Assembly: GCA_016934555.1 (NCBI GenBank)
Contig: JAFGSS010000018.1
Coordinates: forward strand, 1 to 51,566
DNA from: Acidobacteriota bacterium
Lineage (GTDB): Bacteria; Acidobacteriota; UBA6911
Direction of reading: 5' to 3'
DNA: 51,566 bases
Shown here: positions 1 through 15,743 of the stretch, one piece after another
How the letters are laid out: each line of letters begins with the position of its first letter
How positions within the stretch are numbered: the first letter of the stretch is position 1
Translations under genes and position numbers: made by a program
Notes under the pieces: model-generated
What the model saw: only the letters and a program-made list of their open reading frames with translations
Database searches by the model: none
What the model was told of the DNA's origin: nothing

Positions 1-1326
<1,326 letters not shown>

Positions 1327-1360
1327 CCGGGCCGGCCTCCGGCAGACAGGATCCCACTTC

Positions 1361-2251
1361 ATGCCCGAACTCTTTTCCCGAAAGACCTTCACCCTGGCGG
1401 CCGGAGACTGGACCCTCGAGCTGGGGGAACGAACCCTGGTCATGGGTATCCTCAATGTCACCCCCGATTCTTTCTCGGACCGGGGGGCGCATTTCGAGAT
1501 CGAGGCCGCCGTTCGGAGGGCTTGGCAGATCGCCGAGGAGGGAGCGGACATCCTCGACATCGGCGGGGAATCCACCCGCCCCGGGTCGCAGGGGGTCGAT
1601 GCGGAGGAGGAGCTCCGGAGGGTGATCCCCGTGCTCGAGGCCCTGGCCCGGGGGCCCGGATACCCCATCCCGGTCTCCGTGGACACCTCCAAAGCGCGGG
1701 TGGCGCGCGCGGCGCTCCAGTGCGGTGCCGCCGTCATCAACGACATCACCGCGCTCGACAACGACCCCGCCATCGCGACGGAAGTCGCGGCGCGGGGGGC
1801 CGCCTTGGTTCTGATGCACATGCGGGGGAAACCCTCCAACATGCAGGCGCTTCCGCCCAGCCCCGACATTCTCGGGGAGATCGACCGCTGGGCCCGGGAA
1901 GCGGTTGCGCGGGCCGAAGCCGGTGGTGTATCCTCAGACAAGGTGATTCTGGACCCTGGGATAGGGTTCGGGAAAACGGCGGCCCAGAACATCGAGATCA
2001 TAGTGAATCTCCCCCGGCTTGCGGCCGCGGGGTTTCCCGTCCTCGTCGGAACGTCGCGGAAATCGTTCATCGGTTCCATAGTAAAAAAAACTGCGGAAGA
2101 ACGGGTTCCGGGAACCTGCGCAACGGTGGCGGCCTCCATCCTGTACGGGGCCCACATCGTGCGCGTGCATGACGTCGCCGCGGCCCGGGATGTCGCCGAT
2201 GTCACCGACGCCATCGCGAGGGCCGCGGGGCGGACGCCGGGAGCAAGCTGA
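1361..2251 (+). CDS. folP: Dihydropteroate synthase
   Basis: MGILNVTPDSFSD, DIGGESTRPG, DPGIGFGKT, SRKSF, VRVHDV motifs; conserved ftsH-folP order. Confidence 0.97.
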   Translation: MPELFSRKTFTLAAGDWTLELGERTLVMGILNVTPDSFSDRGAHFEIEAAVRRAWQIAEEGADILDIGGESTRPGSQGVDAEEELRRVIPVLEALARGPGYPIPVSVDTSKARVARAALQCGAAVINDITALDNDPAIATEVAARGAALVLMHMRGKPSNMQALPPSPDILGEIDRWAREAVARAEAGGVSSDKVILDPGIGFGKTAAQNIEIIVNLPRLAAAGFPVLVGTSRKSFIGSIVKKTAEERVPGTCATVAASILYGAHIVRVHDVAAARDVADVTDAIARAAGRTPGAS

Positions 2252-2294
2252 AACAGGCCCTCTCCAGAACACTTTCCGGGGGTGACGCGGTTTC

Positions 2295-3113
2295 ATGGAT
2301 TCCATACCGGGATTTTTCCAGTCCACGCCGGTTTCGGTGCGAGATCTCGTGGATGTCGCACTGGTCGCCTATATCCTCTACCGGTTCCTCCTGCTCATGA
2401 AGGGGACCCGGGGCGTACAGATGACGTTCGGCATCGTCGTCCTGCTCGGCTTCTACTGGGTCATCCGGTTCTACAACCTGACGGCGGTGGAATGGCTGCT
2501 TTCGAACATCCTCACCTATATCGTCTTCGCCATCATCGTGCTCTACCAGAGTGAAATCCGGAGGGCCCTGGCCGGGATCGGGAAGACCTCCATCTGGGGG
2601 CGCAACCAGGACCGGGGCGGGAGCGGGTTTGACGAGATCGTCCAGGCCTCCACCAACCTGGCGTCCCGCCGCATCGGCGCCCTGATCATCATCGAGCGTG
2701 AAATCGGCCTCAGGAACTACGTGGAGAGCGGCATCACCCTGGATGCCGTCATCACCTACGACCTGCTGGTCACCATCTTCAATCCCAACACCCCGCTGCA
2801 TGACGGCGCCGTCATCGTGCAGAAGAACCGGATCCTGGCGGCCGGGTGCTTCCTGCCGCTCACCCTGGACCCGCACCTCAGCAACGAACTGGGAACGAGG
2901 CACCGGGCGGCCATCGGCATCACCGAGGAGACGGACGCCGTCGCCGTGGTCGTGTCCGAGGAAACGGGGACGATTTCGCTCGCCATCGGGGGGAACATCA
3001 CCCGCAACTACGACGGCCCGGGACTGCGCGCGGCGCTCTCCGCCGCCGTCGAGGGGAAAACGGAAGGCCGGGACTCCGATCCGGGCCCGAAGCCGCGCCG
3101 GGAAGCACCATGA
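2295..3113 (+). CDS. cdaA: Membrane diadenylate cyclase CdaA/DacA (c-di-AMP synthesis)
   Basis: Three N-terminal hydrophobic helices; catalytic PLHDGA and GTRHRAA motifs; VVSEETG. Confidence 0.95.
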   Translation: MDSIPGFFQSTPVSVRDLVDVALVAYILYRFLLLMKGTRGVQMTFGIVVLLGFYWVIRFYNLTAVEWLLSNILTYIVFAIIVLYQSEIRRALAGIGKTSIWGRNQDRGGSGFDEIVQASTNLASRRIGALIIIEREIGLRNYVESGITLDAVITYDLLVTIFNPNTPLHDGAVIVQKNRILAAGCFLPLTLDPHLSNELGTRHRAAIGITEETDAVAVVVSEETGTISLAIGGNITRNYDGPGLRAALSAAVEGKTEGRDSDPGPKPRREAP

Positions 3114-4045
3114 AAAGGACCTTTCGGGAATACGCACTGGAAAACTGGAGCCTGAAGGCCACCGCCACTTTCCTGGCCCTGGTCCTGTGGCTCTTCGTCC
3201 GAGGGGAACCCGGCCCGGAGCGGGTGCTCGCGGTTCCCCTCGAGGTCCACGTCCCCCACCAGATGGAAATCGTCAACGAACGCCCGACCACGGTCGAGGT
3301 GACGATGCGGGGGGCGCCCTTTTCCAACATGTGGTTCGGCAAGCTCCTCCCCTCCTGCGTCATCGACCTCGAGGGGGTCGCCGAGGGGGAGCACACCGTC
3401 GCCCTGACTCCGGAGCACGTGAAGGTGTCCAAGGGTTCCGGCATCCGGGTGCTGCAGGTCAGCCCCGCCCGGGTCTCCATCATCCTGGAAAAAACCATAT
3501 CCCGGGAAGTGCCCGTCGTGGTGCCGGTGCTGGAATCCCCACCGGAGGGCTTCGAGGTGTACGGCAAGACCCTGAACCCCCCGACCGTCCTGATTTCCGG
3601 CCCGCGTTCACGGGTCGACTCCCTGAACGACATCCCCACCGAGCCGATCTCCATCGGCGGCCAGACGCAGTCGGTCCGGTATTTCGTGAACCTGAACATC
3701 GCCGACCGCCTGGTCCGCACGCCGGCCAGGAAGCCGGTCCAGGTCGACATCGCGATCGGTCCGCGCAGAAGAACCCACACCGTCAACCATGTCCCGGTGG
3801 CGGCCGACAACAAGGCCTTTTCCGTAACCCCGGGGCATCTTTCGATTCAGATCCTCGCCCCCCCCGAGGTCATCGACAAAACGGGGGCCTCAAACTTCCG
3901 GGCCTCCGTCCGGACCGGGGCCCTCGATCCGTCCAAACTCCCGGGGAGGGTAAAACCCGCCGTGCAGGTCCTGGACGATTTCGGGGGCGCCCTCGCCATC
4001 AAGGGGATCACCCCTCCGGAAGTCACTGTAAAACGCGGGAAGTAG
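3110..4045 (+). CDS. cdaR: CdaR/YbbR-domain regulator of CdaA
   Basis: ATG 3110 overlaps the cdaA stop (ATGA). N-terminal TM ([13 protein letters not shown]) followed by YbbR-like beta repeats (P.TV.ISGPRS). Confidence 0.85.
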   Translation: MKRTFREYALENWSLKATATFLALVLWLFVRGEPGPERVLAVPLEVHVPHQMEIVNERPTTVEVTMRGAPFSNMWFGKLLPSCVIDLEGVAEGEHTVALTPEHVKVSKGSGIRVLQVSPARVSIILEKTISREVPVVVPVLESPPEGFEVYGKTLNPPTVLISGPRSRVDSLNDIPTEPISIGGQTQSVRYFVNLNIADRLVRTPARKPVQVDIAIGPRRRTHTVNHVPVAADNKAFSVTPGHLSIQILAPPEVIDKTGASNFRASVRTGALDPSKLPGRVKPAVQVLDDFGGALAIKGITPPEVTVKRGK

Positions 4046-4122
4046 CGGCCGTCGCCCCGCCCCCGGGGCGGCTCCGCCCGTCTTGTAGCCCACGGGGGCA
4101 TCTGCTATCCTCGAACTCGACC

Positions 4123-4605
4123 ATGACCTCTCACAAGTTGAAGACTCTCGAAGAACTGGTCCCGCTCCGGGCGGAACTGAGAAAGTCGGGCCGGAAACTG
4201 GTCTTCACCGACGGCTGCTTCGATCTCCTGCACGTGGGCCACGTGCGCACGCTCCAGCGGGCGCGCTCCCTCGGGGACGCGCTGGTCGTGGCGATCAACA
4301 GCGACCGTTCGGTCCGCGAGATCAAGGGCCCGGCGCGGCCCGTCATGCCCGAGGCGGAACGGGCCGAAATCCTGTCCGCGCTCGAGCCGGTCGATTTCGT
4401 GGTCGTTTTCGACGAAGCCACCCCGGAGGCCGTCATCGACGCCCTGGTCCCGGACGTGCTGGCCAAGGGTGCCGACTGCGGCCCCGAATCGATCGTCGGG
4501 CGGGAACGGGTCGAAGGCTCCGGGGGGCGCGTCTGCCGCATCCCGCTGGTCGAGGGGGTCTCCACAACGGATATCGTTCAAAGAGTTCTCGAGCGTTTCG
4601 GATAG
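4123..4605 (+). CDS. rfaE2: RfaE/HldE domain II: D-glycero-beta-D-manno-heptose 1-phosphate adenylyltransferase-like
   Basis: [14 protein letters not shown] (HxGH), [25 protein letters not shown]. It is the C-terminal part of listed ORF 2698..4605; I place the start at ATG 4123. Confidence 0.88.
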   Translation: MTSHKLKTLEELVPLRAELRKSGRKLVFTDGCFDLLHVGHVRTLQRARSLGDALVVAINSDRSVREIKGPARPVMPEAERAEILSALEPVDFVVVFDEATPEAVIDALVPDVLAKGADCGPESIVGRERVEGSGGRVCRIPLVEGVSTTDIVQRVLERFG

Positions 4606-4612
4606 GCGGGCG

Positions 4613-7600
4613 GTGATTCCTCTGAAGCGGATATTGGAAACGGCGCTGCAAAGCGGAGCGTTCGAGCGGCTGGAGGGGGTGCTCAGCCGGGGCGAAGGCT
4701 CCATCACCGTCTCGGGAGCGGCTGGAGGGGCGAAAGCGCTGGTCCTCGCCGGGGCGGCGCTTCGCGGGCGGCGCCCGCTCGCCGTCATCACCCCCTCCGG
4801 CACCGAGGCGCAGACCCTCGCCGAGGAGCTCCGCTTCTACCTCGAGCTCCTCGCCCCCGCCCCGCCCGAGGTCGTCCATCTTCCCGATCTCGAAGTCGAT
4901 CCCTACCGGGGGCTCTCCCCCCACCCCGAGATCGCCGCCGCCCGCGCCCGGGCGCTCTGGCGGCTGCTCCAGGACACCCCCGCGGTCCTGGTCACCTCGG
5001 TAAAGGCCGCGGCGGTCCGCATGCATTCACCCGAGCGCTTCCTCGCCGGCTGCCTGTCGCTCGTCGAGGGGGAAGAACTCTCCCCGGACCTGGTGTGCGC
5101 ACATCTCAGGGAAACCGGATACCTGGAAGACGACCCCGTGACCGATCCGGGGGAATTCTCCCTCAGGGGGGGAATCCTGGACCTCTTCCCGCCGAACCTG
5201 GACCGGCCGGTCCGCCTGGAGTTCTTCGGAGACCAGATCGATTCCATGCGCCTGTTCGACCCCGATTCCCAGCGGTCCACCGCCAGGGCCGGGGCGCTCC
5301 AGGTCGTCCCGATGAGGGAGTACTGCCCGGGGCCCGGGCGGCTCAGGCGCTGGGCGGAGGAAGCCCCCTCCCTCTGGAACGCCCCCTTTCTGCCTCACCT
5401 CGAGGAGGAACTGGCGCTGGCGCGTCACGGGGAGCCTTTCCCCGCCTTCGAATTTCTCCTGCCGGCCGTGGATCCGCTCGAACACACCCTTTTCGACTAC
5501 GTCCGCGGGTCCCGCCTCGCCCTGCTCGAGCCCGAGGCGGTGCGCCACGCGCTCGAGCAGCATCACGCCGCCCTGTACGGGCGCTTCGTGGACCGGACGG
5601 AGGCGCAGAAGCCCGTGCTCGCGCCGGAGCGGCTCTCCGTGGCGGTCGACGATTTCTTTTCCGGGATCGAGCGTTTCGACCGGCTCGAACTGGAGGAGCT
5701 CGGCGTCACGGGGCCCGAAGCCTCCCGGATCTACGTCTCCTCCCAGCCGACGCGCAGATACCACGGCAACATCCGGGAGCTGATCGCCGACATCGGGAAA
5801 TTCCGGGCCGCGGGGGAAACCCTCGCCTTCGTGCTCTCGAATCTCGGGCGCGCGGAGCGCCTCCACGACATCCTGAAGGAATACGATATCCCCGCCCGCC
5901 TCTGCCGCCCCGGACAGGAGGAGCCGGAAGCCCCCGGGGGCGGCGTCCTCGTGGGCACGGGCGCCCTGCACGCGGGTTGCTTCCTGCCGGCGTCGAACCT
6001 GCGCCTGCTGGCCACCCCGGACGTTTTCGACGAGGCCGACATCGGGCTCGGGCCTAAAAAAATCAAGTCCGCCCAGCGCAACCTCTTCCTGTCCGACTTC
6101 CGCGACCTGAAACCGGGGGATTACGTCGTCCACGTGGATCACGGCATCGGGATGTTCCAGGGACTGCAGTCGATCGGGCTCCAGGAGGGGGCCAAAGAAT
6201 TCGTGCTGCTGACCTACCAGAACGACGCCCGGCTCTACGTCCCGGTCGAGCGGCTCGACCTGATCCAGAAATACAGCAGCATGGGGGGCACGCGCCCGAC
6301 CCTCGACCGGCTGGGGGGCACCAGCTGGGCGAGGACCAAGACCCGCATCAAGAAATCGATGCGGGACATGGCGGAAGAGCTCCTCAAGCTCTACGCCCAG
6401 CGCCAGACGGTTTCCGGCTACGCCTTCGCCCCCGATACAGCCTGGCAGCGGGAGTTCGAGGACGCCTTCGAATTCGAACTGACCCGGGACCAGGCGGACG
6501 CCCTGGAGGCGGTGAAGACCGACATGGAGGCGCCGCGGCCGATGGACCGGCTGCTCTGCGGCGATGTCGGCTACGGCAAGACGGAGGTCGCCATGCGGGC
6601 GGCTTTCAAGGCCGTCATGGACGGGAAGCAGGTGGCCGTGCTCGCCCCCACGACCGTGCTGGCCTTCCAGCATTACAATACGCTGGTCGGGCGCTTCACC
6701 GCCTTCCCCGTGCGCATCCAGCTGCTGTCGCGCTTCCGCAGTCCCCGCGAGCAGAAGCAGATCCTCGAGGACCTGGACACGGGCCAGGTCGACCTGGTCG
6801 TGGGAACGCACCGGCTTTTGTCCAAGGACGTGAAGTTCAAGGACCTGGGACTCGTCATCGTGGACGAAGAACAGCGCTTCGGCGTCACCCACAAGGAACG
6901 CCTGAAACGGCTGAAGACGCGGGTGGACGTGCTGACGCTCACGGCCACCCCCATCCCCAGGACGCTCAACATGGCGCTGCTGGGGATGCGGGACATGTCC
7001 ACGATCGAAACCCCGCCCAAGAACCGGCTCGCCATCCAGACCTCGGTCCTCAAATACAGCCCCGACGTCGTCCGCTCCGCCATCGAGATGGAGCTCGCCC
7101 GCAACGGCCAGGTGTACTACCTGCACAACCGGGTGGAGACCATTCACTCCGCGGCGGCGAAGGTGCAGCAGCTGCTCCCCGAGGCCAGGATAGGGGTGGC
7201 CCACGGCCAGATGAACGAACAGGAACTGGAGCGCATCATGCTCCGGTTCGTGCGCAACGAGCTGGACGTCCTGGTCGCCACCACCATCATCGAGAACGGG
7301 CTGGACATCCCGCGGGCCAACACCCTCATCGTGGACCGCGCCGACCTGTACGGCCTCTCGCAGCTCTATCAGCTGCGCGGGCGCGTGGGCCGGAGCGACC
7401 GCCGGGCCTACGCCTACCTCCTCATCCCCTCCGACGAGGCCCTTTCGGAGGTCGCCCGCAAACGCCTGTCGGCCATCCGCGAGTTCAGCGACCTGGGAAC
7501 GGGATTCCGCGTCGCCGCGCTGGACCTGGAGATCCGCGGCGCCGGCAACCTGCTGGGGGGGGAACAGCACGGGCATATCGAAACCGTGGGCTTCGACCTC

Positions 7601-8095
7601 TACTGCCAGCTGCTGGAGCGGGCGGTGGAGGAACTGCGCGGGGAGAAGCCGGAGGAGGAGATCGCCGCCACCATCAACCTCAACCTCGACATCCGCATCC
7701 CGGAAACCTACATCGCCGATTCGGGCCAGCGGCTGAGGATGTACAAGCGGGTATCCTCGGCCGACGGCACGGAAGAGCTCGACAGCCTCCGGCAGGAGAT
7801 GCGCGACCGCTTCGGCCAGTATCCCGAGCCGGTGGAAAACCTGTTCCGCTACGCCAGGCTGCGGCAGGAGATCCTCGCCCTGCAGATCCCTTCGGTGGAA
7901 AAGAACCGGGACCAGGTCTTCTTCCGCTTTGCGGACCACTCCCGGGTCGACGCGCAGAAGCTGCTCGCGATCGTCATGAGCAACCGCCGGGCGACCTTCT
8001 CGCCGCAGGGGCTGCTGACGCTCGACGTGCCCCGGCTCCCCCCCGCGCAGGTTTTCGACCGGATTCACGAAATCCTCGAGGAGATCCGGCTGTAG
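4613..8095 (+). CDS. mfd: Transcription-repair coupling factor Mfd
   Basis: UvrB-like N-terminus, RID (GDYVVHVDHGIG), GDVGYGKT, DEEQRFG, TATPIPRT, QLRGRVGR, TRG motif. Start is probably GTG 4613. Confidence 0.97.
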   Translation: MIPLKRILETALQSGAFERLEGVLSRGEGSITVSGAAGGAKALVLAGAALRGRRPLAVITPSGTEAQTLAEELRFYLELLAPAPPEVVHLPDLEVDPYRGLSPHPEIAAARARALWRLLQDTPAVLVTSVKAAAVRMHSPERFLAGCLSLVEGEELSPDLVCAHLRETGYLEDDPVTDPGEFSLRGGILDLFPPNLDRPVRLEFFGDQIDSMRLFDPDSQRSTARAGALQVVPMREYCPGPGRLRRWAEEAPSLWNAPFLPHLEEELALARHGEPFPAFEFLLPAVDPLEHTLFDYVRGSRLALLEPEAVRHALEQHHAALYGRFVDRTEAQKPVLAPERLSVAVDDFFSGIERFDRLELEELGVTGPEASRIYVSSQPTRRYHGNIRELIADIGKFRAAGETLAFVLSNLGRAERLHDILKEYDIPARLCRPGQEEPEAPGGGVLVGTGALHAGCFLPASNLRLLATPDVFDEADIGLGPKKIKSAQRNLFLSDFRDLKPGDYVVHVDHGIGMFQGLQSIGLQEGAKEFVLLTYQNDARLYVPVERLDLIQKYSSMGGTRPTLDRLGGTSWARTKTRIKKSMRDMAEELLKLYAQRQTVSGYAFAPDTAWQREFEDAFEFELTRDQADALEAVKTDMEAPRPMDRLLCGDVGYGKTEVAMRAAFKAVMDGKQVAVLAPTTVLAFQHYNTLVGRFTAFPVRIQLLSRFRSPREQKQILEDLDTGQVDLVVGTHRLLSKDVKFKDLGLVIVDEEQRFGVTHKERLKRLKTRVDVLTLTATPIPRTLNMALLGMRDMSTIETPPKNRLAIQTSVLKYSPDVVRSAIEMELARNGQVYYLHNRVETIHSAAAKVQQLLPEARIGVAHGQMNEQELERIMLRFVRNELDVLVATTIIENGLDIPRANTLIVDRADLYGLSQLYQLRGRVGRSDRRAYAYLLIPSDEALSEVARKRLSAIREFSDLGTGFRVAALDLEIRGAGNLLGGEQHGHIETVGFDLYCQLLERAVEELRGEKPEEEIAATINLNLDIRIPETYIADSGQRLRMYKRVSSADGTEELDSLRQEMRDRFGQYPEPVENLFRYARLRQEILALQIPSVEKNRDQVFFRFADHSRVDAQKLLAIVMSNRRATFSPQGLLTLDVPRLPPAQVFDRIHEILEEIRL

Positions 8096-8179
8096 GGACG
8101 CGCAATCCGCTGTCCGTCCGGGGGATTTTGGGATAAAATGAAGGTTTGAGGCTTTCATCGACTATAAAGGGCAATCGAT

Positions 8180-9133
8180 ATGAAGAAGTTTTCCGTCATC
8201 CTTCCCCTCCTCCTCCTCCCCCTTGCCGAATCGGGCACGGTGGACCGGATTCTGGCCAAGGTCAACGAGGAGATCATCACCCTGTCCGAACTCAACCGGC
8301 ACATGGAGCCGGTCCGCAGGGAGTTGCGCTCCAAGCACTCCGGACCTGAGCTCGAGCGGGCCCTGGAAAAGGCGGAAAAGGGCACCCTGGACGCGCTGAT
8401 CGAGGAAAAGCTCATCTACCAGAAGGCCGTGGAGCTGGAATACGAAGCCAACGCCGACGACAAAGTCGACGATTACATCCAGCGGATCATGAAGGAAAAC
8501 AACCTGAAGGACACGGACGAACTCGAGGAGGCCCTGGCCCGCGAGGGGCAGAGCCTGAGGGAGTACCGCGAGCTTCTCCTGAGGCAGATCATCACCGGCG
8601 AGCTGGTCAACGACTTCATCAACTCCCGGATCAGCCTCCTCACCCCGGAAATCGAGAAGTATTACAAGAACCACCTCGCCGATTACACCACTCCCGAGGA
8701 GGTCACCCTCAGCGAGATCCTGATCACGGACTCCGGGGGGAGCGCGGCCGCCGAGACCCGTGCGGAAGACCTGTACCGGCGGCTCCGGCAGGGGGAACCG
8801 TTCGCCGCCCTGGCCAGCCAGTATTCCAAGGGTCCGACCGCGGACAAGGGGGGCGGCATCGGGACCTACCTCGGCGCCAAGCTCAATCCCGACACCGCCA
8901 AAGCCATAGCCGGGCTCGCGGAGGGGGAGGTTTCCAGGCCCTCGAAGCTGGAAGAGGGGTACGTGATCTACCGCGTGGACGCCCGCCGGGCGCCCGTGGT
9001 GCTCCCGCTGGAAGAGGTCAAGGAAGAGATCAAGAACAAGCTGTACCAGCAGAAACGCAGCCCCGAATACGATCGCTTCATCGCGCAGCTTCGCGAAGAG
9101 GCCTACATCCAGATATTCCCCGAAATGGAGTAG
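8180..9133 (+). CDS. surA: SurA-like periplasmic chaperone / parvulin peptidyl-prolyl isomerase
   Basis: Signal peptide, VDRILAKVNEEIITLSEL N-domain, FAALASQYS..TADKGG parvulin motif; follows mfd. Confidence 0.85.
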   Translation: MKKFSVILPLLLLPLAESGTVDRILAKVNEEIITLSELNRHMEPVRRELRSKHSGPELERALEKAEKGTLDALIEEKLIYQKAVELEYEANADDKVDDYIQRIMKENNLKDTDELEEALAREGQSLREYRELLLRQIITGELVNDFINSRISLLTPEIEKYYKNHLADYTTPEEVTLSEILITDSGGSAAAETRAEDLYRRLRQGEPFAALASQYSKGPTADKGGGIGTYLGAKLNPDTAKAIAGLAEGEVSRPSKLEEGYVIYRVDARRAPVVLPLEEVKEEIKNKLYQQKRSPEYDRFIAQLREEAYIQIFPEME

Positions 9134-9302
9134 GGCGCGGCGGTTTCTCCAGAAGGGGGGGCTGCCAAGCCCGGCCCCAAACTCGAATCCTCAGCGCTTG
9201 AAAATCCCTGGCATCGCGGGAAGGGACCGCGAATTATTTTCGTGCGCCGAAAACCAAGTTTCAGGGCCAGAGCCTGGATTTTGAAAATACCACCACGCTA
9301 GA

Positions 9303-9319
9303 AGCATATTCCATGCCAA
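9303..9319 (-). promoter_or_regulatory. Sigma54 (-24/-12) promoter
   Basis: Minus strand reads TTGGCATGGAATATGCT (GG-N10-GC, close to TGGCACN5TTGC). It sits in an AT-rich island next to a sigma54 activator gene. Confidence 0.7.
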
Positions 9320-9350
9320 CCACAACCACCGGGAGCATAAAACTCATCTC

Positions 9351-9370
9351 TTTATTTTACAATAACTTAA
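9351..9370. promoter_or_regulatory. IHF-like binding site
   Basis: TTACAATAACTTA (9357-9369) has the CAANNNNTTR core of WATCAANNNNTTR with 2 mismatches, preceded by a T-rich tract, about 40-50 bp upstream of the sigma54 -24 element. Confidence 0.45.
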
Positions 9371-9508
9371 TTCAACTTCACTCCCGAACCTCCAGAATGG
9401 CGCCCCAGTATCATCCAATTATTTGGACAGACAAATGAAATTTTTGAAGCGCCCGGGAAGCGCCGCCGACTGAGCCGGCCCGCCCGAGGATTCCGCGCGA
9501 TCCCGGGC

Positions 9509-9537
9509 TTGACGCAGGTACCACGCTTCGGTAGGAT
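9509..9537 (+). promoter_or_regulatory. Sigma70-type promoter for activator-gltBD
   Basis: TTGACG-N17-TAGGAT ending 37 nt before ATG 9575. Confidence 0.6.
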
Positions 9538-9574
9538 GATTTTTTTGTTTTTACATTTTTGTAATTGAGGTTCC

Positions 9575-11107
9575 ATGCGCAGGCAACCCTCCACCGAGAC
9601 GCAGAGACTGGCCACCCTCCTGGAACTCAACCAGGCACTTTCCGGCACCCTGAATCTCAAGCACTCGCTCCACCGGGCGCTGGAAATACTGGAGAGCCGC
9701 CACGGGATGTTCCGCAGCGCGGTGACGCTCGAGAGGGCGGACGGCGAACTGCACATCGAAGCCTCCAACGGGATCAGCGCCGAGGGGCAGCGGGCGCAAT
9801 ACCGCCTCGGCGAGGGAATCACCGGGCGCGTGGTCGAAAGCGGCAAACCCATCATCGTGCCGCAGGTGAGCAAGGAACCGATGCTGCTCAACCGTGCGGC
9901 CCAGCGAAAGGGGCTCCGGGAGGAACTGACCTACTTCTGCGTACCGATCCTGGTGGGACGGAAGACGGTGGGGGCTCTCGGGGTGGACATGCGGTTCAAG
10001 AAGGACCGCGACTACGACCGCACCGTCAAGTTCCTCCGCGTCATCGCGGGCATCATCGGACAGGCCGTGAGGGTGGAGGGGCTCGTGCAGGCCGAAACCC
10101 GGAAACTCGTGGCGGAAAACACCCAGCTGCGGGAGGAACTGCGCGAGCGCTACGATTTCTCCAACATGGTGGGGAGCAGCGGCAGCATGCGCCAGGTCTA
10201 CGAGCAGATCGTCCAGGTCGCGGGGACGAACACCTCGGTGCTGATCCGGGGGGAATCGGGCACCGGGAAGGAGCTGATCGCCCACGCCATCCACTACAAT
10301 TCGCCCCGGGCCAAGAAGCCCTTCATCAAGGTCAGCTGCGCCGCCCTGCCCGACACCCTGATCGAGTCGGAGCTCTTCGGCTATGAAAAAGGCGCCTTCA
10401 CCGGGGCCCACGCGCGCAAGCCGGGGCGTTTGGAGATGGCGGAGGGGGGCACCCTCTTTCTCGACGAGATCGGCGACCTGAACCCGACGACCCAGGTGAA
10501 GCTCCTGCGCGTCATCCAGGAACGGGAGTTCGAGCGGCTCGGCGGCACGGAAACCATCAAGATCAAGGCCCGGCTGATCACGGCGACCAACAAGGACCTC
10601 GAGAAGGCGATCTCCGAAGGGACTTTCCGCGAAGACCTCTACTACCGCCTGAACGTATTCAGCATCTTCATCCCCCCGTTGAGGGAGCGCAAGCCCGACG
10701 TCATGGCGCTCACCGATTTCTTCCTGGAGAAGTACACCAAGGAACACGCCAAGAACATCCGGCGCATCTCCACCCCGGCCATCGACATGCTGATGAGCTA
10801 TCATTGGCCCGGAAATGTCCGGGAACTGGAAAACACCATCGAACGGGCGGTGCTGGTCTGCGACGGCAACGTCATCCACGCGCATCACCTCCCCCCGACG
10901 CTTCAGACCGCCGAGGCGAGCGAAACCGTCGTCAAGGTATCGCTCGGAGACGCCGTCGCCTCCTACGAAAAGGACCTCATCCTGGACGCCCTGAAGACGA
11001 CACGGGGCAACTGCAGCCGCGCGGCCCGGTTGATGAGCACGACGGAGCGCGTCCTGAATTACAAGGTCAAAAAATACGCGATTGATTGCGGACGGTTCCG
11101 CAAGTAA
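9575..11107 (+). CDS. NifA-like sigma54-dependent enhancer-binding protein (GAF-AAA+-Fis HTH)
   Basis: N-terminal GAF ([11 protein letters not shown]), GESGTGKE, intact [22 protein letters not shown]-terminal HTH. Confidence 0.93.
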   Translation: MRRQPSTETQRLATLLELNQALSGTLNLKHSLHRALEILESRHGMFRSAVTLERADGELHIEASNGISAEGQRAQYRLGEGITGRVVESGKPIIVPQVSKEPMLLNRAAQRKGLREELTYFCVPILVGRKTVGALGVDMRFKKDRDYDRTVKFLRVIAGIIGQAVRVEGLVQAETRKLVAENTQLREELRERYDFSNMVGSSGSMRQVYEQIVQVAGTNTSVLIRGESGTGKELIAHAIHYNSPRAKKPFIKVSCAALPDTLIESELFGYEKGAFTGAHARKPGRLEMAEGGTLFLDEIGDLNPTTQVKLLRVIQEREFERLGGTETIKIKARLITATNKDLEKAISEGTFREDLYYRLNVFSIFIPPLRERKPDVMALTDFFLEKYTKEHAKNIRRISTPAIDMLMSYHWPGNVRELENTIERAVLVCDGNVIHAHHLPPTLQTAEASETVVKVSLGDAVASYEKDLILDALKTTRGNCSRAARLMSTTERVLNYKVKKYAIDCGRFRK

Positions 11108-11189
11108 ATCTTTACGGGGACCGGGAGGGCCGGGGAGGACCCGGGTTCCGGCGGTCCTGTGTCTTACTGGACAGAAAGGGTTCGCTCCA

Positions 11190-15735
<4,546 letters not shown>

Positions 15736-15743
<8 letters not shown>

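Noticed and set aside
2698-4612. Apparent long N-terminal extensions or fusions in the ORF track (635-aa rfaE2, 399-aa cdaR, 1208-aa mfd; also actC, actDE, actF, SCO)
   Set aside because: The extensions overlap upstream genes in other frames. Internal starts with RBS or stop/start overlaps give normal lengths.
9575-11107. Calling the activator nifA or inferring nitrogen fixation
   Set aside because: No nif genes are in the window, and the GAF-AAA+-HTH architecture is shared by many non-nif activators.
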